A stretch of 34,134 nt of DNA from Macrostomum lignano (GCA_002269645.1 NIVC01002638.1:1-34134); one strand, 5' to 3'. Numbered from the stretch's first letter, positions 1 to 11,601 are shown. The notes: a model not told the origin generated them from the letters alone. A program made the numbers and translations.

Positions 1-765
1 CAATATAGCTGTATGCTGCATGTGTCACTGACAATATGGCTGCATGTGTCACTGACAATATGGCTGTATGCTGCATGTGTCACTGATAATATGACTGTAT
101 GCTGCATGTGTCACTGACAATATAGCTGTATGCTGCATGTGTCACTGACAATATGGCTGCATGTGTCACTGACAATATGGCTGTATGCTGCATGTGTCAC
201 TGATAATATGACTGTATGCTGCATGTGTCACTGACAATATGGCTGCATGTGTCACTGACAATATGGCTGTATGCTGCATGTGTCACTGACAATATGGCTG
301 TATGCTGCATGTGTCACTGACAATATAGCTGTATGCTGCATGTGTCACTGACAATATGGCTGTATGCTGCATGTGTCACTGACAATATAGCTGTATGCTG
401 CATGTGTCACTGACAATATGGCTGCATGTGTCACTGACAATATGGCTGTATGCTGCATGTGTCACTGATAATATGACTGTATGCTGCATGTGTCACTGAC
501 AATATAGCTGTATGCTGCATGTGTCACTGACAATATGGCTGCATGTGTCACTGACAATATGGCTGTATGCTGCATGTGTCACTGATAATATGACTGTATG
601 CTGCATGTGTCACTGACAATATGGCTGCATGTGTCACTGACAATATGGCTGTATGCTGCATGTGTCACTGACAATATGGCTGTATGCTGCATGTGTCACT
701 GACAATATGGCTGTATGCTGCATGTGGCACTGTGTTGTATGCTGCATGTGTCACTGATAATATGG
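1..765. repeat. Minisatellite, 31-bp unit with 24-bp variant, in an intron of the MiT/TFE gene; runs off the left edge
   Basis: Unit CAATATRGCTGTATGCTGCATGTGTCACTGA (31 bp) and a variant lacking GTATGCT (24 bp). 24 complete units in 1-702, then degenerate copies. A 117-bp higher-order block recurs at 1-117, 118-234, 383-499 and 500-616. Confidence 0.97.
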
Positions 766-900
766 ATACATCAGTGAGGTGTCACGTTAAAACAAATATA
801 TCTTAAGAATATATAACAAATATAATACATATTTAAACAATCGCGGTCAAAGACAAATGTAAAAGTACACGCCTGACTTTCACAATAAGTGTGAGCTGAC

Positions 901-3900
901 CTGAATCTGCATGGCCAGAGCCCGAGACAGCTGGTCCAGTTTCTCCGCCCGCGTCTCCGACTGGGCCACCCGATCCGACAGTTTCATCTGTTCAGCCTGT
1001 AGTTCCCGGATATAGTCAACCGAAGCCTTCAGGATGTTTCCTTTGTTCTTCTTCAAGTCGCTGGAGGGTTCAAGGGTCGGTTGGTGTTGGAGGTGGACTG
1101 TTTGATGGCAAATTATTATTAGTTCGGGTCATAGACACTTGGCCATAGAAAGTTGAGGCCATAGACACTACTTTAACTCATAGACAGTCTGGGTCATTTG
1201 ATAGATCGGGTCATAGACAGCCTGGGTCATTTGACAGATCAGGTCATAGACAGTCTGGGTCATTTGACAGATCGGGTCATAGACAGCCTGGGTCATTTGA
1301 TAGATCGGGTCATAGACAGCCTGGGTCATTTGACAGATCGGGTCATAGACAGCCTGGGTCATTTGATAGATCGGGTCATAGACAGCCTGGGTCATTTGAC
1401 AGATCGACTCATAGACAGCCTGAATCATTGACAGATCCGCTTCATAGACAGCCTGAATCATAGACAGATCGGGTCATAGACAGCATGGATCATAGACAGA
1501 TAGGGTCATAGACAGCCTGGATCATAGACAGATCGGGTCATAGACAGCCTGAATCATAGAGAGATCGGGTCATAGACAGCCTGAATCATAGACAGATCGG
1601 GTCATAGACAGCCTGAATCATAGAGAGATCGAGTCATAGACAGCATGGATCATAGACAGATAGGGTCATAGACAGCCTGGATCATAGACAGATCGGGTCA
1701 TAGACAGCCTGAATCATAGACAGATCGGGTCATAGACAGCATGGATCATAGACAGATCGGGTCATAGACAGCCTGAATCATAGAGAGATCGGGTCATAGA
1801 CAGCCTGAATCATAGACAGATAGGGTCATAGACAGCCTGAATCATAGAGAGATCGAGTCATAGACAGCATGGATCATAGACAGATAGGGTCATAGACAGC
1901 CTGGATCATAGACAGATCGGGTCATAGACAGCCTGAATCATAGACAGATCGGGTCATAGACAGCATGGATCATAGACAGATAGGGTCATAGACAGCCTGG
2001 ATCATAGACAGATCGGGTCATAGACAGCCTGAATCATAGAGAGATCGGTCATAGACAGATCGGGTCATAGACAGCCTGAATCATAGACAGATCGGGTCAT
2101 AGACAGCATGGATCATAGACAGATAGGGTCATAGACAGCCTGGATCATAGACAGATCGGGTCATAGACAGCCTGAATCATAGAGAGATCGGGTCATAGAG
2201 AGATCGGGTCATAGACAGATCGGGTCATAGACAGCCTGAATCATAGACAGATCGGGTCATAGACAGCCTGGATCATAGACAGCCAGCTTGGATCATAGGC
2301 AGCCAGCTTGGATCATAGACAGCCTGGGTCATTGACAGATCGGGTTAAGGACAGCCTAGGTCATAAACGGATCAGGCCATAGATAATTTGGCTCATAGAT
2401 CCTTGAACTTGACTAGAAAATAGTATTTGTACATGACTGTTGTTGATTATATACATGTAAATTAGCTAATCGCGCGGGAACAGAATCAAAGTAGCAACTT
2501 TTGTCAAGTTGCGTCAACAAGCCGAAAGCTTACTCATTAGACAAAAAAACTGAATGCAATCAAATGAACTCACCTATCCTGAAAGTAGCCCCTCGGCAGA
2601 ATTTCGCCGAGCTCGGCAATCTGATGATTAATATTCTCTCGACGCTTCCGCTCGATCCGGTTGTGCGAGTCCTTCTTAGACCGGTCGCGTGGCGGCCCGC
2701 CGGCGGTGGCCAGCGAGGAGGCAACCGAAGCGGCACGGGAATCGGACGAGCCCAGGGAGGCCGGCGCCAACGAAGATTGTTGCTGCTGCTGCTGCTGCTG
2801 CTGAGCTGGTGAGCGGAGAGCCGGGACCCACCGGTCAGAAACAGATGCGTGCTCGCTGGCGCGGATGTCGACGGCTTGGCTTCCATGACCGATGGAGGGT
2901 CGCCGCCGTCGCCGTCGCGGAGGCCGGTAAAACCGCTGAATGTCTGGCCGGAGCTGATCGGAAAGTGAGCCGGATTCTGGGGGGGGGGAGATGAAGCAGC
3001 TTGATTCAATTGTTCACTTCCGTATTCGCGATTCCAAAAAAACTCTCTGAGTCCGAGACTCTTCATGATCTCAAATGACACTAACTTCGCTTTCCGAAAC
3101 CCCCACAGATATTAAATTCCCTGGCCCCCATCAACTCGGGTATTCACTTCCCGTGATCCCAATCTATCCCAGGTATTCACTTCCTGTGATCCCAATCTAT
3201 CCCAGGTATTCACTTCCCGTGATCCCAATCTATCCCAGGTATTCACTTCCCGTGATCCCAATCAATATACACTTCCCGTGATCCCAATCAATATACACTT
3301 CCCGTGATCCCAATCAATATACACTTCCCGTGATCCCAATCAATATACACTTCCCGTGATCCCAATATTTCCCAGACATCACAAAGATTCACTTCAGCGA
3401 TCCCAATAATCGCTGACGTTAATTTCCGTGATACTAAATCATCCTTGAGCTTTACTGCCGCGACACATGAACCATTCCCCTACCACACTAGTGCAGACAA
3501 CAGAATGAAATCAATGAAGCGATGCAAAGGTGAACAAACAGCAAGCGAGGAGTACATACGGGTGCAGTAGAAGACAGATGAGCAAAGTCGCTATCATCGC
3601 CCAACAGTTCGCTAATATCCAAGTCCATGTCCACGTCGTTGGGCAATTGTAAATCGGCTGAGTCGGCCGAGTTTTCAGGCGACTCGACCGGACTGGAGGC
3701 GGCGGCGGCACTGCTAGGTGTGCTCTGATTGAGCTGCTGCTGCTGCTGCTGCTGCTGGGCCAGGTGATAGGGCGTTGGGTTTTCCAAACGGCTGAAAGAT
3801 GCGCCGCCAGCCAGACTGACAGGAGCTGCCGATTGCGCAGAGACTGGCCATGCTGGTCGGGCAAACTGCGGTTGCTGCTGCTGCTGCGGCTGCTGTTGTT

Positions 3901-3961
3901 GAGGCTGCTGCTGAGCCTGTTCTTTAAGCAACTGCTGTCGCAGGTTGGTGCGCATAGCCAT
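901..3961 (-). CDS. MITF: MiT/TFE family bHLH-ZIP transcription factor (MITF/TFEB/TFE3-like), 3'-partial
   Basis: Exons (minus) 3961-3560, 2976-2574 (frame discontinuity near 2806-2831, see findings) and 1060-901. N-terminal MAMRTNLRQQLLKEQAQQQ and LENPTPYHL match the MiT/TFE N-terminal signature. The basic region/helix 1 KKDSHNRIERKRRENINHQIAELGEILP splices (AG|gtgagt at 2574, ccag|C at 1060) into helix 2/zipper DLKKNKGNILKASVDYIRELQ...LAMQIQ, then a gtcagc donor at 900. The symbol denotes the family; the specific paralogue cannot be assigned. Confidence 0.92.
1125..2400. repeat. Minisatellite of 16-bp subunits forming 32/33-bp dimers, in the MiT/TFE intron splitting the bHLH
   Basis: Alternating CATAGACAGATCGGGT and CATAGACAGCCTGAAT/CATGGAT (32-bp dimer). 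The 1180-1430 part has a 33-bp variant, CATAGACAGCCTGGGTCATTTGACAGATCGGGT. Confidence 0.97.
3141..3370. repeat. Minisatellite with 33-bp then 26-bp units in MiT/TFE intron 1
   Basis: TATTCACTTCCCGTGATCCCAATCTATCCCAGG repeats with period 33 (3146, 3179...), then ATATACACTTCCCGTGATCCCAATCA with period 26 (3271, 3297, 3323). Confidence 0.95.
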
Positions 3962-5553
3962 ACTCACTGGTTATAGAGTGAAAGCAAGGGTGCAGGCTGT
4001 GTACTTTATTAAAGCTGCTCTAGCCTGCACTGCGGCCAGCATGCACAGGATTATGTGAGAATATAATTCCCTCTAGGTGTCTGTCATAGCACATCAACAT
4101 GATATATAAGTGCCATATATTCTGGTAATTCATATTTCATTTCAAGTATCAATGCTTGTATAACTTTTGGGATTTCAAGAGTGGAATTAGGATCTCTATC
4201 TAGCTTATAAGCAAAAATGTTGGCTGGATGAAATCAGCATTCTTGGGATCAGATAGGATCTTGATCCCATCCTACCTGTACTATACCGGTAAGCATGGAG
4301 TCAGAGGCTTAGCAAAATAAAGGGTAGATTGTGACTTTTTTACTGATGCCAGCTGATTTAGAAACCAAGATGTAAAATGTTATTGCAATTTGAACACTTT
4401 CTGTCCAGGTCACTTTGTCTACTTGAGACATTTCATTTCAGAGTACTTTATGTTTATAATTAGTCTAGTGTTTTTGCTACTTGCTACCTACAATAATATG
4501 ATGACAATCGATTTGGGAAATTTGAGCTAAAAAGGTAGCATTTTGGTTTTTTAATATATTTCTATTTAGTGCCTTTTTCCAAGAACTAAAACCAACTGTT
4601 TCTAATATATCTTTCTAGGGAAAAAAACTGCATTCTTGACTTTAGAATTCTTATCCATAAAGTGCACTTTAATGCAAATTTGTATCAACTTTTTGGTAAA
4701 AACACTGCCTAGCTAAACAAAAGATCTAAACAAAAACAATAATTAGCAAATTGATTCTTAATGAACAAAAATGTGACATAGTTTTTGGCCAAAAAATGCA
4801 ACTTACATGTAAAAGAAACACTAAAGCAAAATTAACTCAAGTTTGGGTAAACGGCAGGAGTAACTATGATTGTCTTATTAAGGCAAAATGTCTCGTTATC
4901 TACTTAGTACTACTTGGGTATTTATTCAGGTGGGCATTTTTGCAACTTACCTTGGTTGGCTGCCAAATTGGTGAGCCGACTCGGCCAACTGTTGTGCATG
5001 TATGTACCTATTGCTATAAACTATGAGAAAGTTATAGAGTTTTCAATAGCCTACCTGCCTAACTACTTACCTAACTACCAATGCCAATAGTTGCAGACAT
5101 GGTTTAGATAAATAAAATTGTTATTCAAAATTGACTTTTCCAATTATTTTTCTTAGTAAACAGTTTAAGAAAGTAATAAAGAGTAATGTGGCCAAAGTGG
5201 CTTAATACTTTTCTTTTAGGTTGAACAATATATTGCAAGTCAAAATGTTGCATATTAAGGCTCCATGCCTCTATATATTTCTTATGAAAATAATTCTATA
5301 TTTTATTTATAGTTATAATCATCATTCTATCTTTAGTATATAATGAATATACTTTTTAAGGATTGTATAGCTAAAAAAAAAGTATTATTATCATTTAATT
5401 GCATTTCATATTCACTATTTTATTTCTTGGTCTTCTAAAATTTAGTAGGCCATAATAATTCAGCTGCAACAGGTAAACTATATTGATATTTTATATCCAC
5501 ATTTTAGCACTTTGAAATTCTGGGTGTCAACTAATTGCTAAGCAAATTGTTTG

Positions 5554-5800
5554 ATGCCAACTAAATGTTGCATACTAGGTTGCAAAAGGAATTATACTAA
5601 GCACAATACTAAGACAATAGACTTTGGATTTCCCAACGATGAACATGAATGTTCCAATATGAGAATATACTTTCATTTCTTTATAACTATTTCAGGCAAT
5701 TTCAAAGCCATGGGGGTCTATAAATCACATTGGCCACATAACCCCAATGAAAGTGAAGCAGTTTCTATATCCCATTGATCCTTCTAATATCTTCCCTAGC
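5554..5800 (+). pseudogene. Decayed THAP zinc-finger coding remnant, probably transposon-derived
   Basis: MPTKCCILGCKRNY...DFGFPNDEHE resembles the THAP start (MPxxCCVxGC...FP). It is followed by VYKSHWP (THAP CxxH position with the Cys lost) and, in a shifted frame, PIDPSNIF. Frames are broken. Confidence 0.45.
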
Positions 5801-6016
5801 TTTTGACAAAGTACATTGCAACAAACTGCATCAAGATGTTTTTTTCCTAATTTACAAGGTTATTAATTGCATTTATGCTTATCCAATATATTTATGTTAA
5901 TTATATTACATGTTGATGTTATAACTCAGCTTGCATTACTATCATTAAGGAGCAAAAGAGCTACAAAGTGTGGGGTACTACTAAGTCAGCAAGCCCAAGT
6001 TGCAGATGAGTTAGAC

Positions 6017-6190
6017 CAATTGTTCTCAACCTATGGGTCGCGTGACCATTTTCTCAGGGTCGCAGCACTAAGAAATGTGTGAGTACATCATACTTAATGA
6101 TGCATTATATTGATTATTAAGGGGTTGCAAGCATTAAAAAATAAGGCAAGTGAATAAATTAGGGTTGCCTGAAAAAAAGGTTGAGAACTG
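6017..6190. mobile_element. Charlie/hAT-like non-autonomous element (MITE), degenerate
   Basis: Inverted termini GTTCTCAACCT (6022-6032) / AGGTTGAGAAC (6178-6188), with subterminal GGGTCGC/GGGTTGC motifs typical of Charlie-type MITEs. No TSD recognised. Confidence 0.6.
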
Positions 6191-7049
6191 AAATGGATCT
6201 GTTGAGACCCATTCAATGCCATTGACAGAATTAGTTCCTAGGATAACTATAATAATAAATTCTACTTCTATATTGTTTTAATTGTACAATGGAGTTTTTT
6301 ATGTCTATTAGTTCAAAGACTAAACTTTAAGGTGGGTTGGGATTATGATGGCCCAATTGTGACAGGATCCTTGAATAGATAAATATTCTTCAAAGCAGCA
6401 GTCTATTCTTAAAGTCTCATAATCTGCTTAATTAATATGCCATACTATATTTTGTTTCCATGAATTAATTTTTGTTTGAATGTTGCTAATTATCATTAAA
6501 AATTTATTTGTGTATAGTTTTTTAAGCAATATTATTTTTACTGATCTGTGAAATTCAATTGTTTTTGTGATGTTCTTAGAATGAGTTGACATTATTTATG
6601 TTTTCATTGATAGCAATAGCCAAAAATTGTCTTTATATCTCTCTTGCAATAACTTTAGTGGAATTTAGATTGGAGCTTTGTCTAGTCAATATTTCAAATA
6701 TCTCTAATTATTTCTAATATCTACTATTTATCTACTTGTTTCCAATTGTATTTCATAAATACATTACTTTTTGTATCCCATTTTTACTCATGACCTAAAA
6801 CAATCCTCTTGTTTCTTGGCACTAACTTAACTTCAAAGTCAAAAGGTTAGCTAATTGAACTGACTGTGAGCATTACTTATTTTTATTGGTTAATAAATGT
6901 GGTATATGTTACTTTTTATTGCCAAAAAGAAGTAAAGATTTCGCATTGAAAGGCATGCAATCTATGGGGTACTATACTAAAAAGTCATTTTTTGTATTCT
7001 GGGAAGAATAAATAAAAGCCCATGCAGCAATCAAAAAAGCATATGAAAC

Positions 7050-7229
7050 CAGTGGCAGATCCAGGATTTTGAAAGTAGGGGGGTGGATTGGCTTAACTTT
7101 TTGGGTTAGCCCAAAATAAGCCCCAAAAAAGCCAAAAATTGCAATACTCCCCACTTACATGCAAGTTCAGCCATGGCAAAAGAGGGGGGCAGCCACCCCC
7201 TGCCCCCCCCCCCTCTGGATCTGCCACTG
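7050..7229. mobile_element. 180-bp hAT-superfamily MITE
   Basis: Perfect 15-bp terminal inverted repeats (TIRs) CAGTGGCAGATCCAG / CTGGATCTGCCACTG. Exact 8-bp TSD TATGAAAC at 7042-7049 and 7230-7237. Confidence 0.93.
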
Positions 7230-8439
7230 TATGAAACTGTATATCCTGAGCAAAAATCTACTCATTTTATCAATCTGTTTAGACATGGCACAACTGCATA
7301 ATTTGGCCTTCAAATTTTTTTTTTCACAAACTTGGAATGGGCCCTATTCAGTCCTTCTTAAGTAGTCCTTGAAAAAATGTTTCAGCATATTGATTTTCTA
7401 TAATGAATATTATAGTAAGCAAGAAAGATAAATAATCAGCTAAATTATTAGTTGAATAAGCTTAGTGAGTAATAATCTTTTTATGCAAGGCAAAAGGCCA
7501 TTTACTATTGCAATGCAAAAAAGGTCATTTATTACTGCAATACTAGCCTAGATTTGAGAGTGTGGGCATGCACTTAATTTTTTAGACATGCATTTGTAAC
7601 TATTCAATTTCTATTCAAGCATGCATCTAGCATGATCTAAGACTATGGGTTTTAAACAATATACCTGACAATGCGGTACTAGTGTAGTTTGATTCACAAT
7701 TTTTTTCTATTGAATTTAGCAAAACTAATAATTTTAATTTTATTTTCTTATTCCTAGTAGTGCAAGAAACTGTTGTAACATGTAAAACATTTGTTGGTTT
7801 GTTTATAACAATAAACACAACTGTAAACTTGAAAAGGAGTTTGTAGGCCTAGTTTAGTATATGTATAGTGTATAGTTATGGATCAACTATTGGCCTAGGT
7901 GGCCTAGGTGGACATCTAGCCATTTTTGGTCAAAGTGATAAGATATACTTATAAGAATACTTTTTGCTTTAGAAAAAATAGACTGTAAAAATGCTTTCTG
8001 CTATTCCCCTTTTCCCACTCAGCAATTATCAGACTGCATGAGACACCACACCTTTGGGCCATAGATAACTTACAAGGTAGACTTTTTGCCACATCTTTAT
8101 CATACAAATCATCAAATTAAATTCTTGGCACTGGCATAAATTCAAATAAAAATGATTTTGTGAAATATATGACATTAAATATACTGACGTGACTGTGACA
8201 TTAAAATGTCATTAGCATTACTAATCATTGGAACTGGCACAAATTCAATAGAAAATAATTTCACAAATGAAACTGCACTAATGCAAACAATGCACCTTCC
8301 TAAATGCATTTTAACAACCTATATGTTGATTTTTAGCCTCTTTATTTATTTTCCAAGAAAAGTGAGCCATCTAACCTGAATTTTTTAGGGCCTATTATTT
8401 GGCCATACCGTAGGCCCTGCATACAATAATAATACATAA

Positions 8440-9975
8440 GTGACAATCTACAGTCAGGATCATAGCATGCCTACGCTGAAATGAATTTTATCAAAAAAGT
8501 TTGATTGCACCATGAGCTGAAAAAATCTTATCAAAAAGGTTTGCTTGCGCCCCATAGTCAGGAAGGTATGCCATGTGCGCCAGAATAAATTTCCCCTATT
8601 TTTTTTTAATGTACCATGCGCCAAAGCAATTTTTTTCTTTGGGCCATGCACCGGTACTTAGAATAGTTAAAAATGCTGTTTATGAATTTGTTTAAATGTT
8701 CATTAAAAAATAACTTTTTTGTCAAAGTTCCATAAATTTTATTAAGTAAATTAACAATTGTTGTAAAAGTTCTATAAAATTTTGTTAGGTAAATGACCAA
8801 TTGTTGTTAAAGTTACTATAGTTGTAATAACAAAATATCTGAAAATACAAGAAATATATAGGCCTATCACAAAGGCTGCTTGATTATATTATTATTTACT
8901 GATCAATGGAATCTATCCTATGCACCAACTGTGCCAAGTTGCAGGATATCATTTATCCTTTTGCACCAAATGCACCGAGTATGCTAGAGAAATGGCCAAT
9001 TTATGCCGGAAAATTCAGTGAAATTTACTGCCTTTCTAACTTTGGCTTGCGCCATGCATAGGAACTATTTTTATCAAAAAAGTTTGCTTGCGCTGTATAC
9101 CACAACTTTAAAAAAATGCAAAAACAAGTAATTTTCCATATAAAAAATACCAGTTGGCAGTAAAACTTGTATTTAAATCAGTTTCATAGAAAATGCATAT
9201 TAATGTAAATTAATTAAAAAGCCATCAATACACTAGCAAACAAAAAGTACTAATAACAAGAAATTCTATATGCTAATTTTCTGTTAGACAAAAATATTGT
9301 CTTTTTTTTCTTGCATCAAATTGTGCCAATTTTTTGTCTTGCGCCATACTGCGCCAGATTTTTCTCCCTTGCCTGCTTTTGCACCAGAATGTGCCAGTGC
9401 AGCGCATGTCCAACGCTATAGTCAGGATCATATCATGGTATACGCTAGAATAAAAAGTCCCCTAAAAAATCTATGCCACTTATACTGAAATGTACGCCAA
9501 GGTCCTAGGAACTTAGGCCAGGTTTTCTAGGCTTTTATGACAATAAATGACCTTTTTTGCTTGTTACACATTTTTGCCTACTTTATAAACACCTCTACTT
9601 TACCCGCTTCATTCACCAAATACAATGCACTAGTTTTTGATTAAGTTTTTTAGAAAATTACACAATTAGTTTGCATGGAATTTTAAATTTTTAAATTTGA
9701 ACTTTCATCTTATAAGTTTAATGGTTTTTATGATTTTATAATAAGATTCTGAGGTTATGGCATTATGCCAACAATTTATTTACACCACAGCGTCATGCCA
9801 AAAGGTATGCCAAATATATTTTGCCTTGTTTTTTATGCCAATTATACGCCAAAAAAGTAAAATTTTTAATTGTACGCTGGAAATTTCTGGCATAATATAC
9901 ATCATCCTGACTATGGGTCCAAACCCTTTTTGTGCCAGAATTTTCCGTGAAAAAGGCTATCTTCCTGACTATGGG
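8440..9975. mobile_element. Motif-rich non-coding repeat element, family unassigned
   Basis: A(T/C)AGTCAGGA direct copies near 8450, 8554 and 9418 and inverted copies near 9905 and 9963. TTATCAAAAARGTTTGMTTGC occurs three times (~8488, 8528, 9071). Many TGCGCCA/TGTGCCA/TGCACCA heptamers. Boundaries approximate. Confidence 0.5.
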
Positions 9976-10987
9976 CAGTGATGGGCACTAGCGCTACTAA
10001 ATTTGAATTCCACTAAAGCGCCACTAATGTTTTGTTAGCGCCACTAATTCCATTAAATTGAAATTCTAGTTAGTGAGCGCTATCAAAGTGCTACTAATAT
10101 TTTTTGAAAATGGCTAACTGCACTAAATTCATTTTTTTGCTATAAAACTAGATGGTTAATGCCTGTTTAATACTTAAAATGAGATCCCATTTAAGTAATA
10201 AGTTAAATATTATGTAAATCCACCTATAGGCTATAATATCTCTAATGTTTTTAATTTTCTCAGAAATGTGAAACAAAATTTGAATATCTTTTTTTGCTTA
10301 TTGTTATCCACAATTGATCTTGTTTTTGTCATTCACTTTTAAAATTTTTCTTACTACTTTTAATTTGTTAACAAAAAGTTATTGATTAATTTAATTTAAT
10401 TTGATAATTTAATCAAAGAATTTAACATTCAACTTAGTTGATACAGTTCTAAGCGTTGATGCAAAGCAACAGACTATATCAACAGGGTGATGGTGGGGTT
10501 AATAAATCCCATATCAATGTTTCACTGATGATCTTGCCTTCTTTCTTGAGTATAAGAAGGCCATGGCCCCAGTAGCAAGGGCCCTTGACATTTTCAAGGC
10601 AAAAAACATAGTAATTTAGGAACTATTTCCACCAACTATTGCTTTGACAGTTCCGTGGCTTGAGGATTTTTTATTAGGATTGATAAATAAAAACAAATTA
10701 TTAGCAAAAGCATTATACATTATTCATTTAAAACATGTGAGTTAAAAATGTGCAAAAATGCATTAAATACATGTGAAATGGCTGTTTATATTAAATAAAT
10801 TTATATTAAATATTATCTTAAAAATATATTTATTAATCAGTGCACTTCAAAATTAGCAGTGCTAATTGCGCTAAATTCAAAGTAGAAATAGCGCCCACTA
10901 ATTAGCAATCACTAATTTTTTTCTTCTATCAGTTAGCGACAGTGCTAATTAGTGGCGCTAAAAATAATTTAGTGGTGCCCATCACTG
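9976..10987. mobile_element. 1012-bp non-autonomous hAT element
   Basis: 13-bp TIRs CAGTGATGGGCAC / GTGCCCATCACTG. Exact 8-bp TSD ACTATGGG at 9968-9975 and 10988-10995. Subterminal GCGCCACTAAT repeats. No transposase ORF. Confidence 0.93.
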
Positions 10988-11563
10988 ACTATGGGTGACA
11001 ATAGGTCTATAATAGGCCCTAACACTATATAGTATATACAATTATAGTCATGGTGCATAATTACATAATATATTATGAAAAAATGCAACTATTAAACTAG
11101 GCCCTAGGTCTAATAGACCCAATAAATTAAATGGTAGTAACAGTAAAAAATTATGCAAGTTTCATTAAATTATTTCCAAATGCTGATAAGATTAACAAGC
11201 AATGCATACGTGAACCACGCTTGATGATAAGTTGCAGTGGTTAGTAAGTAATCAGAATACAGAATGTGATTAAAATGTAACTAACTTAACTGCAAGTAGT
11301 CCTACATTTTACAATCGCTCACAAGTCAGTTTTAATTTTTGTAAAGACCGTAATTCGTAGAAACAGAAATTAAAATATCATTGCACTATAACATAATTTA
11401 GCTACGTCAACAGATTAAATTATTTAAACAGTGCTTGCAATTTCTGGCAGAAACATATTTAAAGTTAAAGAAATTTTGCTCTTCAGAACTTTTAGCTTTA
11501 GTTAAATTTGGTAAGAATTATAGTACTACCAAAGGGGCCTGTTTTCCTAGCCAGGGTTCCCAC

Positions 11564-11601
11564 CAAGGACCACTGTATATAGCTATGTACAGTGGTCCTT
11601 G
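11564..11601. mobile_element. 38-bp palindromic insertion with 8-bp direct flanks (minimal hAT-like)
   Basis: CAAGGACCACTGTA-T-ATAGCTAT-G-TACAGTGGTCCTTG, 36/38 self-complementary, flanked by GTTCCCAC at 11556-11563 and 11602-11609. Confidence 0.65.

Noticed and set aside
1168-1461. ORFs 1168-1461 (-) and 1198-1431 (+) with 11-aa repeats
   Set aside because: They arise from the 33-bp stretch of the intronic minisatellite and end where the unit becomes 32 bp.
1-2400. CRISPR-like appearance of regular ~30-bp repeats
   Set aside because: Units are directly adjacent with no unique spacers, lie in eukaryotic introns, and no cas genes are present.
7050-7229. CA/TG in the TIRs as evidence of CpG decay
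   Set aside because: Both TIRs carry the same base pair, so this is more likely the ancestral family sequence than independent decay.
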